DNA from: a virus
Virus record (IMG/VR): IMGVR_UViG_3300027782_006229
Location: 1-64,000 of that record
Direction: 5' to 3' (one strand)
DNA: 64,000 bases
The notes below the pieces were generated by a model. The model was not told the DNA's origin. It saw only the letters and a list, made by a program, of their open reading frames with translations, and made no database searches. The stretch's first letter is position 1. The number at the start of each line of letters is the position of its first letter. The position numbers were made by a program, and so were the translations under genes. Below are positions 8,626-19,761 of this stretch, in pieces.

Positions 8626-10146
8626 TCATGCAGAATATTTCATTTCTATACCATCAACAACTGCGACCCATCTCCAATTTTCATTTGTAATTCCAGTAAC
8701 TGAAACATTTACAGCACCACCACCAACAGTTATAGTTGCGTCCGTATTAGTATTTCCTTCGTAGGGTGTTGTAATATCTACAACATTTACTGCAGATAAA
8801 GTACCACTTACATTTCTAAGTATTGCTCTTTTATTATATTCTGAAATTGTTGTTCCATCATCTTTAGAACCTATAATTTTGAAATTCAAAGAATATGTAT
8901 AACCACTTTGTAGGGTTATTGGTTGACTTGAACCATCGAGATATAGTTGTGTTGGTGAGTTAGTAGATAAAGTACTATTTCTTAAAGTGTATCTTACATA
9001 TTGTGCATCTCCACGTTCACCAAACATTCCAGATGCATGTGCATATTGACCATACAGCACACTATTGGATTGAAATCCAGACGCAACAGAAATGTATCCT
9101 GCTGCTCTACAGCTTAAGCCACCACCAACTGTTGCATAACTCCCCTCTACAATGTTATAAGCACCACCACCAATTGTTGCTAAAGGACCATTGGTCCTAT
9201 TGAAAAATCCACCACCAATTGTTGCATTAGCACCATCCGCGGTGTTGTAACCACCACCAGCAATTATTGAAGAATCACCATTTGCATTGTTTTGCTGACC
9301 ACCACCCACTGTTGCAGCATAATTAATTGCATAATTTACACCACCACCACCAATGGTTGCATACTGACCTGAAGCAATGTTACTTTGACCACCAGCAACA
9401 GTTGCATAAGTTCCAACAGTTGCTCTGTTATATTGACCACCACCAATTGTTGAATAGGATGCGGTTGCATCGTTATCAGTACCACCACCTACTGTTGATC
9501 TGGGACCTGCGTCGTTAAGTGTACCACCTGCAACAGTCCCTAATTCACCGGCAGTATTGCTAGAACCCCCACCTATTGCTCCATAATCACCACTTGCTCT
9601 GTTTCCATTCCCACCTGCAATCGTTGCAGCTATACCCGGTATTTCATTATATGCTCCACCACCAATTGTTGAATAATTTCCACTTGCAACTTGGGTTGTT
9701 GAATTTCTTAACTTTTGCCAATCTGTTGCATACTGACCTCGTTTATCACCTCCAGAGTTTTGATTATTTGGAATTTGTGCTAGGGTAGCACCAGTACCTT
9801 TAGCTCCTATCACAAAATCAACGTTAGTTACAGCTGAATTAATATTTAATGCATGTGCAGTGGTTACATCATTAGGTGAAGTGATGGAAGATACTTGTGT
9901 AAAAATGGTTAACGCATTATTCCACAATGCAGAACTAGCTCCGACAGTTGTATACGTACCTTGCCAGTTAGCACTCTGTGAGTTAACTGTACTATAAACA
10001 GTTAAAGAACGCTCTATATTACCAACACTAATTTGATTGAATCCAGAAGCTCCAGACAAAGCTGAACTATTTCTTAATAAAAGACGATCAGTACTAGCAG
10101 CAGTAGTAACAGGTTGGAGAGATGAAAAATTTACCGGAAATGACAT
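8626..10146 (-). CDS. Tail fibre with 14-aa Gly-rich (ATIGGG..N.A.G) beta-roll repeats
   Basis: About 14 tandem xTIGGGxxNxA repeats, YadA-head-like. Confidence 0.75.
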   Translation of the reverse strand: MSFPVNFSSLQPVTTAASTDRLLLRNSSALSGASGFNQISVGNIERSLTVYSTVNSQSANWQGTYTTVGASSALWNNALTIFTQVSSITSPNDVTTAHALNINSAVTNVDFVIGAKGTGATLAQIPNNQNSGGDKRGQYATDWQKLRNSTTQVASGNYSTIGGGAYNEIPGIAATIAGGNGNRASGDYGAIGGGSSNTAGELGTVAGGTLNDAGPRSTVGGGTDNDATASYSTIGGGQYNRATVGTYATVAGGQSNIASGQYATIGGGGVNYAINYAATVGGGQQNNANGDSSIIAGGGYNTADGANATIGGGFFNRTNGPLATIGGGAYNIVEGSYATVGGGLSCRAAGYISVASGFQSNSVLYGQYAHASGMFGERGDAQYVRYTLRNSTLSTNSPTQLYLDGSSQPITLQSGYTYSLNFKIIGSKDDGTTISEYNKRAILRNVSGTLSAVNVVDITTPYEGNTNTDATITVGGGAVNVSVTGITNENWRWVAVVDGIEMKYSA

Positions 10147-10221
10147 AGGTTTTCAATTATTTATACTAAAAAGTAGATACAAGATAGGTTATGTATCGTT
10201 GATTAATGGATAAATATAATT

Positions 10222-13200
10222 GTGAGTCTTCAAAAACATAGTTTCTCCGAGTTAACATCACCTTCTGCAAGATATTTAGATGAGTTTCTTAAATTTAACC
10301 AGTCTAAAAATAGCTTTGAGCAAGGGGTAACACTTAATTTTATTGATGCATTATCATCTGTGAATGATGTGAAGATAAACAACTATAGTAGTGTATATTT
10401 AACTACAGTACTACCTGACACTATAGTTTTTAGTACAGATCTATTAAAACCTGTATCGCAAAATATTGTAACATATTTTAGTATACTATCATCTACCGGT
10501 GAAATATTGTATCTCAACTTTTCAAATTTACAACCACTATCTGTAGCTAATAGTACAGAATTAGCCCCTACATATACAAATTCCTATTCCTTTACCCTAT
10601 CTAGTGATGAACTAAACACATCTAGTCTTTATTATCAGCTTGAGTTAATAAATGAAAATACATGCCGTATTAAACATACAAGAGCTCAACTAGATTTTTA
10701 TTTAGTGGGTGGTAATAGTACCCCGTATTCATCTCTGTTTTATTTTATAACATCACAAAACGTTGATGAACTACCACCGTTTTATAATTCATCCTTCATA
10801 GATGGTTTTGATTATGTACTAGATATTAGTGGTTTTATATACCTTACAAAGTGGGTAAAAGGTGATTATTACCTGGTAACAGCCAATAATGGTGTATTAG
10901 GATTAACCTTATTTACATCAAATACCATTATAAACGAAAATAACTGTTTGTTTAGAATTGCAATTACCGATACATCTATTTCTCCGAAGCTCAATTCATC
11001 TTGGGTGTCGTATAAACCTGATCAAATAAATAATCTTGTAGTTAACACTGCAAGAAGTGTTGTGGGTTTAAAGAATAATAGTATTTTACATTTTGAATAT
11101 GAAAATATAGATGATATTTCTGTTGTTGATGTAAATGCATTTAAACTCAAAAATGCATACACAAACAAATTTGTAACAAAAAGAGGTAACTGTTTAATAA
11201 ATTCATCATCAAACACACCTGTTCCATTTTTTAGAGAATACACTACAATTTGTACAGGTGGTAATCAGGAAGCTGGTTATAGGGATTTAGCTTTAAACTA
11301 TGTTTTTCATAATTATGACCTTAGATTTGAACCTGGCATTAGAACTGAATTCACAACACCATCATCAATGTACCCTTACGATCAAATAAACGTAAATGAT
11401 ACAAATTTTGCTACAGATGGAGCGTTTGGCTTCGATATACCTATTTTAAGCGATAGAATTACCACAAAAAATAGTTTGAACACAACAGATGTATATGGTA
11501 GTTACCTTACAACTTGGTTATCTGGTGGTATGTGGCTTGATAGGTATTATTTTCCTGATATTGTTACAAGACAAAATGCATTAAGTGGTATTGCATTGTA
11601 TAATCCAACGTTTAATAATGTTATCAGTCAGTTAGCTTATCAAAACGTTGATAAAATTAGAACGCAACAGTATTTTGATGTGGTTAGTGATCTTGCTTTT
11701 TATCCTAATGAATCATACTACTATGAGAGAGTGAGTGATTCTACGATAACATCATATGTTGATACAATTTCAAATTTAGTACAGAATGGGTTTGAAAATG
11801 TAACAAATAACAGTAGAATAACAACATTAGCTAATGTTGATACGTTAGTGTTAGATGCAAGTAATTATTCATCCATACCAATTGAAAGTATAAACAACAC
11901 TGGTTCTTTTACTGTTGTTTTCACCATTAATAATAATTTTACTGAAAAGTTTAGCTATGTAATGGGTAATCTCATCGAAGAAGGGTTTGGTATTTACAAT
12001 GATTCAGCTATTACACCATTACTTTACATAAGAAGTGGTAAAAATCTGAATGCATACAACACAGATACGTCACTTATTTACTCTTTAAGTTTTGATGATA
12101 TAGTATCTGGGGTCGTTGATCCGGCTGGTCTCGGTGATTATCATATCATCTCAGGTACTAGCGTTTATAACATTGCAACTGATGGTACAATCGTAGCTAA
12201 GGTGGATATAGCTGGTTTAACTGGGTATTTAGATTATTACCATGCTGGAGGACACATATATTTCCTAACATCGTCAGGATTAACTTTTATTGATTACAAT
12301 ACAACATCTAATCTTTATGTTACAGGTGGTATTACAGTTTTTGCATCAAATGAATCAGCACCAGTAGGTATATATGCGCACCAAGGTGTAGTTTATGGGT
12401 TTGAATCAACTCAACTTAAGAGGGATTCTAGAGGTTATCTATATGGTATATACACCGATGATATTATACTAAGGTATCAATTAGATGAACCTTTCGAAGA
12501 TTCTCTTTTATTTGCAAGATCCAATACTATAATAAAAGATATCAATATCGACAATGAAGATAACGTTTGGATGCTTCATAATGCATATGAACTTACCAAA
12601 GTTGATCAAAATCGTAGATTAATTGGTAATATGTCATTTTTAGATACACTTACATGTTATGATATCGACTTTGTGAATGAATATAAGAATGATGGTACAA
12701 ATTATTTTTATCCGGTAATATTAGCTACTGATGCTGATAAAAATGTATACACAATTAAGGATTTTGATTTTAATGTTAACACTAATACAACAACTCAGGC
12801 AATAAGTAGTGTTTATAATGGTGAAGAACAAGATACAACCGGTTATAATGAGTTTGTGGGTAGCTTAGATTATAAAAATCTTAACTTTGAGTTAAGATTG
12901 GTAAATATTTTTAACTACCTAGATAGACAATCAATTAAGTTTTCTATACCTACTAATAATCTTTCTAAATTTAGTAACACACTATGTTTTTCATATAGTA
13001 ATGATGGTAAAGCTTCATTATATTTAAATGGTGTTATTATTGATAGTGTGGATGTAGACCAGTATAAGTATATTGGTAACATATTTGTAAGAGATAACAT
13101 TGTTGTTGGTACTATTCCTTTCCATAACAACACAATCTTAGGTGATTTTTTAGGTATACCATCCTATGGTAAGCTCAATAACACCACAATTACTGATTTT

Positions 13201-13506
13201 AGACTCTATAATAGAGGTTTGAATGATACTGAGATAAAAGCTCTTTATTTGGATATTGGTGCTGCGGTGGGTTCACTAGCGACGTCGTTACCTTGTGGTC
13301 AACGTAATGATATTGAGGAAATACAGAGTATGTTTAAACTATCTCAACCGGTTTCTAAGTCTAATGTTATAGATGTTATTGTAAAAAATACAGGCATTGC
13401 AGATATTGTTTTGCAAAATGAGCTAGCTACTAGTATTGTACAGGAAATTAACAATACATTACCTGGTGATGTTACAGTTAGGGACATAAACTTCATTAAT
13501 TATTAA
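10222..13506 (+). CDS. Large virion structural protein with C-terminal LamG/concanavalin-like domain
   Basis: 1094 aa, N/S/T/Y-rich; ASLYLNG...ITDFRLYNRGLNDTEIKALY; late promoter upstream. Confidence 0.65.
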   Translation: MSLQKHSFSELTSPSARYLDEFLKFNQSKNSFEQGVTLNFIDALSSVNDVKINNYSSVYLTTVLPDTIVFSTDLLKPVSQNIVTYFSILSSTGEILYLNFSNLQPLSVANSTELAPTYTNSYSFTLSSDELNTSSLYYQLELINENTCRIKHTRAQLDFYLVGGNSTPYSSLFYFITSQNVDELPPFYNSSFIDGFDYVLDISGFIYLTKWVKGDYYLVTANNGVLGLTLFTSNTIINENNCLFRIAITDTSISPKLNSSWVSYKPDQINNLVVNTARSVVGLKNNSILHFEYENIDDISVVDVNAFKLKNAYTNKFVTKRGNCLINSSSNTPVPFFREYTTICTGGNQEAGYRDLALNYVFHNYDLRFEPGIRTEFTTPSSMYPYDQINVNDTNFATDGAFGFDIPILSDRITTKNSLNTTDVYGSYLTTWLSGGMWLDRYYFPDIVTRQNALSGIALYNPTFNNVISQLAYQNVDKIRTQQYFDVVSDLAFYPNESYYYERVSDSTITSYVDTISNLVQNGFENVTNNSRITTLANVDTLVLDASNYSSIPIESINNTGSFTVVFTINNNFTEKFSYVMGNLIEEGFGIYNDSAITPLLYIRSGKNLNAYNTDTSLIYSLSFDDIVSGVVDPAGLGDYHIISGTSVYNIATDGTIVAKVDIAGLTGYLDYYHAGGHIYFLTSSGLTFIDYNTTSNLYVTGGITVFASNESAPVGIYAHQGVVYGFESTQLKRDSRGYLYGIYTDDIILRYQLDEPFEDSLLFARSNTIIKDINIDNEDNVWMLHNAYELTKVDQNRRLIGNMSFLDTLTCYDIDFVNEYKNDGTNYFYPVILATDADKNVYTIKDFDFNVNTNTTTQAISSVYNGEEQDTTGYNEFVGSLDYKNLNFELRLVNIFNYLDRQSIKFSIPTNNLSKFSNTLCFSYSNDGKASLYLNGVIIDSVDVDQYKYIGNIFVRDNIVVGTIPFHNNTILGDFLGIPSYGKLNNTTITDFRLYNRGLNDTEIKALYLDIGAAVGSLATSLPCGQRNDIEEIQSMFKLSQPVSKSNVIDVIVKNTGIADIVLQNELATSIVQEINNTLPGDVTVRDINFINY

Positions 13507-13507
13507 T

Positions 13508-15331
13508 ATGGCAATAAATTTTAGCTCATTAAAGGTTGGATACACGGAAGGTGATGCATTTAATTACAATAATGCACCATACACTGGTTATTATACAGTT
13601 TTAAGTGGTACACCTTATAGAGGTAAACTAACAACAACAGATATTTTAAGTAATCAAGATAACTACACAAACAATGTATTGGTTTCTGATTACCTATTTG
13701 ATAGAACGTTAGTTGATACCATTTCTTTAGATTATACTATAGAAGATCTCACCATTCCAAATGGTGAATTTATCACAAGTGTTAACATAAACAAGTATTT
13801 TGAAAGGTTTCATCAAAATACTACCTACCTATACTCTAGATTGTTTATGTATGATAGTAATATACCTAGAAATGTTACTGCAGTTATTGGTGTTACTGGT
13901 ACTAACGATAGTTTAAGATTTTATACTGACCTAGATAACTTTACACCAGGGAGTTTTACTGCGAACTCCCAAGTTTCATCGTATAATTTTGGTAATATAG
14001 AGAGTATAGCTTATAAAGTGAATCCTGATACTGGTAATTTTGCTTTATTTACAGCTACATCGTCAAGTATAATTGCTCTTACAGGTAATATTGCAAATTT
14101 GACCCAAAATCCCACATCTGTTGGTATTTCATTATCAACTTCGTTAATTAACCAACAACCAGACGATTTATCATTTTTACAGATTGTTGATATGGAAATT
14201 ATTGGTGATTTCCTTTATGTGCTAGATAAAGATAGAAATAGTCTTGTAAAATATAACATATATAATTTCTATAGTGGTGATCAATCAACACCTGTACCTA
14301 AAGTAACTGTTGAAATAAAAAGTGGTGGTGGTAAATTTTTACCTTCATCGTTCAATTACCCAGATTTTATGACTACTACAGGTAGTAGTATTATTATATA
14401 CCAAAGTAATGATAGATTCTTTAAGCAATATGATACAAGCTTGAATTTAATTAACTTTGGTAGGGTATTTAGAAGACAAAATGAAGAGGTGATTAGTATT
14501 GGTTACAATAAAATCTTTAATTTGGTTGCATGTATTGTAAAAGTGAATGACGTTTATAGTTTTTATTATCTTGATAATACATTCAATATTGTTGAAAAAT
14601 ATAGTTTTGGTATTAACCTCACTCAGGGTGAATTTATTAAAAAACTAATGTTTAGTGAAAATGATTCAAATATTTTTTATATTACTACTAATAAATTCAT
14701 TTATAAAATGATGGTTAACCAACCTGATAAAATTGTAGGTATATTTTCAGATAAAAGGTTAAAAATAACTGATGATTCTTCAGGTGATTATTTAGGTACA
14801 ATACTTGTTGGTACATCTAACAACTACGATACTATTATTTTGGTTAAAAATAATAGATTTATGTTTTTAAATGAACCCAATACATTTACTGATGTGTTGA
14901 AAACAAAAGACTTTAGTAATTATCCAATAGAACAAATTAAACTGGATAAAGAAGAATATTTACAAGCTAATTATATCAATAAAGAGCTGTACAAACTTTT
15001 TGAAAATATAATAAGAATTAAAAATCAGGTAATTGGTTCATTTTACGGGGCGTATGAAATTACTAATCAACAACTTACATACGAAGATTCATTATACTCA
15101 CCATCTTTAGTGTTAAGAGGTATAAATTATTTTTTAAATTATGACTTTCTAAATATTACAAACGATAATGATTTTTTTATTCATGAAAATGAACCAATTA
15201 ATAATTTGGTGTTGAATAGATGTTTCACCAACCTATATAGATTACAAGAATCTATCCTTCTCTCTACTAAAATTGTTAACACCTCTCTAGTACCATACCT
15301 CACAACAGATAATGTATTGTATCTCAACTAA
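13508..15331 (+). CDS. Virion structural protein (baseplate/tail region)
   Basis: 607-aa beta-rich ORF in a structural operon. Confidence 0.55.
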   Translation: MAINFSSLKVGYTEGDAFNYNNAPYTGYYTVLSGTPYRGKLTTTDILSNQDNYTNNVLVSDYLFDRTLVDTISLDYTIEDLTIPNGEFITSVNINKYFERFHQNTTYLYSRLFMYDSNIPRNVTAVIGVTGTNDSLRFYTDLDNFTPGSFTANSQVSSYNFGNIESIAYKVNPDTGNFALFTATSSSIIALTGNIANLTQNPTSVGISLSTSLINQQPDDLSFLQIVDMEIIGDFLYVLDKDRNSLVKYNIYNFYSGDQSTPVPKVTVEIKSGGGKFLPSSFNYPDFMTTTGSSIIIYQSNDRFFKQYDTSLNLINFGRVFRRQNEEVISIGYNKIFNLVACIVKVNDVYSFYYLDNTFNIVEKYSFGINLTQGEFIKKLMFSENDSNIFYITTNKFIYKMMVNQPDKIVGIFSDKRLKITDDSSGDYLGTILVGTSNNYDTIILVKNNRFMFLNEPNTFTDVLKTKDFSNYPIEQIKLDKEEYLQANYINKELYKLFENIIRIKNQVIGSFYGAYEITNQQLTYEDSLYSPSLVLRGINYFLNYDFLNITNDNDFFIHENEPINNLVLNRCFTNLYRLQESILLSTKIVNTSLVPYLTTDNVLYLN

Positions 15332-15349
15332 ACTAACTAAATATTTAAA

Positions 15350-16024
15350 ATGGCTGATAAAATTGAAATTTTCGAAAACACTATAACTAAATTGTTATTT
15401 AGAAGAGGAACAGATAACGATAGGCTAGCGGTAACTCTTAGTTTGGGTGAACCTGGATTTACCACTGATACTAAAAGATTATTTGTTGGTGATGGTAGTA
15501 CTGCAGGTGGTATTGTAGCTGGGAACAAATATTTAGGTACAACTTTTGTACCAACTACAATATCAACAGCATTAACAGGTGATTTATGTTACGCGACGAA
15601 AAATAATTTTGATCAATATTTCACAACTTTTATTAAAACATCCAATACTAATGATTTAAGTAGTTGGACACCAGTTGTACCAGTAGCTTCTACCCCGAAA
15701 GCATGGGTGTGTTTTAATGGTTCTTCATCAACACCTGCAGTATCAACAACTATTTGGGCCTCACATAATATTAACCAGGTGGATGTGGTTAATCAAGGCG
15801 AATTTAAAATCTATTTTACAAATACCTTTGCAACTTCTACATATGCTGTTGCATTCAGTAATTCAGGTTCAAGATCTAATCTTAAACTCAAAACAGATAA
15901 TAACGCTGACGATGGTACAACAAATACCACTAAAACAACAACATCTGTAACTGTTATCAACACTAATTCATCAGGCACACTTACCGGTACTAGTAATGCT
16001 AGTGTGTTTATTTACGCACCATAA
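15350..16024 (+). CDS. Tail fibre protein with Mtd-N/hyaluronidase-N-like anchor
   Basis: LFRRGT...LSLGEPGFTTDTKRLFVGDG.TAGG; C-terminal KAWVCFNG...SHNI domain. Confidence 0.7.
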   Translation: MADKIEIFENTITKLLFRRGTDNDRLAVTLSLGEPGFTTDTKRLFVGDGSTAGGIVAGNKYLGTTFVPTTISTALTGDLCYATKNNFDQYFTTFIKTSNTNDLSSWTPVVPVASTPKAWVCFNGSSSTPAVSTTIWASHNINQVDVVNQGEFKIYFTNTFATSTYAVAFSNSGSRSNLKLKTDNNADDGTTNTTKTTTSVTVINTNSSGTLTGTSNASVFIYAP

Positions 16025-16833
16025 TGGGTAGAGTATCAAATATTTTAAATCCTGTAAGTAGTAACGCAAACTATGATATAGTTTGGTCATTTAAGTTCTT
16101 ACTATCAAGTGTAAGTGCTACACCGGCAGATCAAGGTGGTTTTGTAACATATCTCGTACCATCAACTGCTACTAATCCTAACACCTCACCACCTACATAC
16201 ACAGTAGGTGGTTCTGGATTATTTTTAGGCTACGATAATACACCACCAGGTGGTATTATAGATGCTGCTATTGGTATCGGGTTCGATACAATGGGATTGT
16301 TTGCTGTATCAGGCATTGATTCTCGTACATATGGAGTTAATATATCTGCTGCTAAAAGAAACTCTGTAACTATACGAGGAGGTTATAGCGCTTTTGAAAT
16401 GCTTTATAACGAAAGTCTTTCAGCTTTAAATACAAATTTTACTCTTTTAACAACAACAGAGAATTACCAATGGCTAAGATTTCGCTTAGGTAATATCGGT
16501 CAGACTCTTTATTTAGACTACAGACATAGAGACAATGATTCTTATTCGCAATTGTTAGAGTTACCAGTTAATTTACCAATTAATGATAACACCTTTTATA
16601 GTGTTGGTATTTCATACGCATACCCTCTTAGTTCTACTACGTACAGTGAACAATCTAATACTATCCTCAGAATTAAAAACTTTCAAGTTGAAGGTAGTAT
16701 AAGTGCGCCAGATACTTTCGTGTATAGTACAACTAGTATGTCTATTACAGCTCTTGAATTTGAGACAAACACCTCACCTATTACTGGTAATAGTATTCTC
16801 GCTGTACAAGATGAACATATATTCCTTACATAA
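16024..16833 (+). CDS. L-type lectin-like structural protein
   Basis: GGFVTYL...LGY...IGIGFDT pattern of the legume-lectin fold. Confidence 0.5.
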   Translation: MGRVSNILNPVSSNANYDIVWSFKFLLSSVSATPADQGGFVTYLVPSTATNPNTSPPTYTVGGSGLFLGYDNTPPGGIIDAAIGIGFDTMGLFAVSGIDSRTYGVNISAAKRNSVTIRGGYSAFEMLYNESLSALNTNFTLLTTTENYQWLRFRLGNIGQTLYLDYRHRDNDSYSQLLELPVNLPINDNTFYSVGISYAYPLSSTTYSEQSNTILRIKNFQVEGSISAPDTFVYSTTSMSITALEFETNTSPITGNSILAVQDEHIFLT

Positions 16834-16845
16834 ATAATATAAGCA

Positions 16846-19074
16846 ATGAGTACATATATAGTCCCAGGTACAAGACTTACCACTTTAACAGCTTTAAGTG
16901 TTCTTACAGATGCTGATTTGTTTTATGTGGTAGACACAACAACAAATACATCTCGTAAAACAACTTATGAATCTCTTACATCAAATGTACTTAGAGATTT
17001 AACTTCATTTTTCTTGAATTCAACTGGAGGTCGAGTTAATGGTCTGGTTACGCTACTATCTGGTGTTTCAGCTACAAATTTCTTCTATACAAGTGGTGAT
17101 GGTTTAGTTGTACCTTATGATAGATCAGACTTTTTATATTTGAGTTCAACTCAGACGGAGATGTCTAAAGCTGCATCACAACAATATGTTATATCTCAGC
17201 TAGCATCTGTTAGTGGTATAACTCAAACCTATTTATTTCAAAATTTTGTAGCTCTTTCTGGGTCTGTATTAACTGCAAATCTTTCAAGTTCAATTGTACC
17301 TACTACATCTAGTCAATATGTTAATTTAAAGTATATTACAGATAATTATGTACCAAAAACAGGTGGTGTGTTTACTGATTTTATTTCAGTACCACAACCA
17401 TCTGTTGGTGATCCAAGTGCAAGGGTTGCAACAGTTGGTTATGTTGAGAGTAGAATTGCTGCACAACCTGGTTCTAGATTGAATAACCTTTCTGCTTTTC
17501 CGATTAATAATCGCGACAACAAGCACAATAATAACGGTAGGGGTAATAGCGGTAATGGTGTTACTTTTATACGAGATAATGATAGTAAAGTAAGATCTTG
17601 TGGTCTATATAGTAACGTCAACTCAGGTGGTTATGGATTTTACCAAACACAACTTTATAGTTTTCCTCAACTGCCTATTGAATTTCAAATTAATAACGGT
17701 ACGGAGTTTGCTACAAAGGTACTCAATACTGGTCAATCTACTTTTATATTATCTAATTTAGGTTATGTATACACTGCAGGTGATAACACTGCAGGTCAAC
17801 TTGGTGTTGGTGGTATAACTAGAAGAAACACCTTTGTTAATATTACTTCTAGTATTACACCATCAACAACCGGTACTCAAATTACTGGATTGTTTATTAG
17901 TCAGGGTAATGACCAAACAACAACTAATAACTCTGTTTATTTATTGAGTGGTGGTCAGTTATGGGCATGGGGATCCAATAAAATAGGGCAACTTGGTGTT
18001 GGATCAACCACAAATGTTGCTGTTCCAGCACTTGTAAATTTAGTGAGCCCAGGTTCATCAATTGTTGGTCAATATTTAACTAAAATTGCAGCGTCTAACT
18101 CAGCTGCGTTAGGCTATGTATTAGCTATAGATAGTAATAAAATAGTGCATGTCGCTGGTTGGAATGCCGCTGGTCAATTAGGATTGAGTGCAGCTATAAA
18201 TGGTACGGGATCAGGTAGACGTACTGGTGCCTTTCCAACAAATACCACAACATTTAAAACATCTCAGTTGTGGACAATCTCTAGTGTTCAAGTTTCACCT
18301 CATCTACAAACTGTTCCATTACCGGTATTAATATCCCCTACAATAACTGCAGATGAAGTTTATACAGCTGGGTCAAATTCATACATACTTACTGGTGGTA
18401 GTGTATTGTCTTGTGGTAGAAATGGTACTGGGGCTTGTGGTCTTGGTAACACAACAAGCGCTCCAGGTATCTTAAGTCCAGCTACTACTAGACCTTATTG
18501 GCAAACAGTTATTAGTGATACATCAGGTGCACCCCTAACAGGTGTAGAATATTTAACTACTAGTGGTGATCCAGCTAATATAGGTATCGTAAGCGTTTGT
18601 GCTTATATATCATCTTTATCAACAATTAAAGTGTGGGGAAGCAACAGCAGTGGGCAGCTTGGTACTGGAAATAACGGAAATCAACTAGTTGCGACAACAC
18701 CATCTAGTGCTCCAACAGGCATTCTCAAAGCTAAAATGGTTGGTCAACAGCATAACACCACATTATTTGTTTTAGATAGTGCTGGTGACATATATGTTAC
18801 AGGTTATGTTGATGGTGGTTTAGATGGTCGTGGAGAAGGTAACATTAAAGTACAAAATACATTCCAGAAAGTAATTCGACCACAAGGTATTAAATATGTT
18901 GACTTCGAAGTGTTTTCATATGGTAATATGTCTCAATTTAAAACTGTATTAGCTCAATCACTTACCAATGAATTATATGCATGGGGTTACAATACATATA
19001 ATCAAGGTGGGTTTATTAATATACCAGCTACTAAAACAATTATCGATGTACCTATCAAGGTAAGTCTATTCTAA
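16846..19074 (+). CDS. RCC1-repeat tail/fibre protein
   Basis: Repeated VYTAGDNTAGQLG / WAWGSNKIGQLG / WGSNSSGQLG motifs. Confidence 0.85.
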   Translation: MSTYIVPGTRLTTLTALSVLTDADLFYVVDTTTNTSRKTTYESLTSNVLRDLTSFFLNSTGGRVNGLVTLLSGVSATNFFYTSGDGLVVPYDRSDFLYLSSTQTEMSKAASQQYVISQLASVSGITQTYLFQNFVALSGSVLTANLSSSIVPTTSSQYVNLKYITDNYVPKTGGVFTDFISVPQPSVGDPSARVATVGYVESRIAAQPGSRLNNLSAFPINNRDNKHNNNGRGNSGNGVTFIRDNDSKVRSCGLYSNVNSGGYGFYQTQLYSFPQLPIEFQINNGTEFATKVLNTGQSTFILSNLGYVYTAGDNTAGQLGVGGITRRNTFVNITSSITPSTTGTQITGLFISQGNDQTTTNNSVYLLSGGQLWAWGSNKIGQLGVGSTTNVAVPALVNLVSPGSSIVGQYLTKIAASNSAALGYVLAIDSNKIVHVAGWNAAGQLGLSAAINGTGSGRRTGAFPTNTTTFKTSQLWTISSVQVSPHLQTVPLPVLISPTITADEVYTAGSNSYILTGGSVLSCGRNGTGACGLGNTTSAPGILSPATTRPYWQTVISDTSGAPLTGVEYLTTSGDPANIGIVSVCAYISSLSTIKVWGSNSSGQLGTGNNGNQLVATTPSSAPTGILKAKMVGQQHNTTLFVLDSAGDIYVTGYVDGGLDGRGEGNIKVQNTFQKVIRPQGIKYVDFEVFSYGNMSQFKTVLAQSLTNELYAWGYNTYNQGGFINIPATKTIIDVPIKVSLF

Positions 19075-19323
19075 TAGACCGTTCGTATATTCGTAAGTGA
19101 GATCGTGCTTCATCGAATGAAAGCGCTCGTTGATGTATTTTTGGAATGCAATCGGTTTTACCCAGTCGATATTTTCAATATCTACATCCATATCCTCACA
19201 TTTTTTATCAATATAGTCAATTGCTTCAACCAAACATAACCACCTTGCATACTGATCAATATGCATTTTTTCTTTACCTTTATTTGTATTAATTGAAATA
19301 TAAATGTTATTATCGTTTTTCAT
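19066..19323 (-). CDS. Hypothetical protein
   Basis: 85-aa ORF directly behind an AGGAAA-N5-TATAAT promoter. Confidence 0.65.
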   Translation of the reverse strand: MKNDNNIYISINTNKGKEKMHIDQYARWLCLVEAIDYIDKKCEDMDVDIENIDWVKPIAFQKYINERFHSMKHDLTYEYTNGLLE

Positions 19324-19329
19324 AATATC

Positions 19330-19346
19330 ATTATAGTCAATTTCCT
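19330..19346 (-). promoter_or_regulatory. AGGAAA-N5-TATAAT promoter
   Basis: AGGAAA TTGAC TATAAT, 6 nt before ATG. Confidence 0.7.
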
Positions 19347-19355
19347 AACTACAAT

Positions 19356-19760
19356 CTATAGATTTGTGATAGTTAGTAGTGGATCTGTAGTTAAAGGTTT
19401 TGTGACGATAATAGGTGTAAATGTTACCTCTACTTTAATTTCTTGATTACATTTTTCACAAATAAAGTTGTTATCCTGATTAGGGTAGATTATTTCTTCG
19501 AATGTATTACTACCGCAAGGACATGGAAATGATACAGTATTACTTGAAATAATTTCAAGCCTTTCATTTAAAAGAAGTTCTTTCTTAATTGAATCATTAC
19601 GCAATGTAATGTCATTATAAAAATAATTACCAATTAATTGTATTAAAAAAGAAAATATAAATGCATGTAACCAACCACCAAATAATGGAGCAAGTGCATA
19701 TCCTAGAATACAACTAATAGTAACTGTAATCACCACACTTTGCAAAACTTGTTTAATCAT
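19356..19760 (-). CDS. Membrane protein with C-terminal Zn ribbon
   Basis: Two hydrophobic helices, then CPCG...CEKC. Confidence 0.65.
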   Translation of the reverse strand: MIKQVLQSVVITVTISCILGYALAPLFGGWLHAFIFSFLIQLIGNYFYNDITLRNDSIKKELLLNERLEIISSNTVSFPCPCGSNTFEEIIYPNQDNNFICEKCNQEIKVEVTFTPIIVTKPLTTDPLLTITNL

Positions 19761-19761
19761 A

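Noticed and set aside
15350-16024. Diversity-generating retroelement suggested by the Mtd-like N-terminus
   Set aside because: No reverse transcriptase and no adenine-variant TR/VR pair seen in the window; this N-terminal anchor is common in fibres
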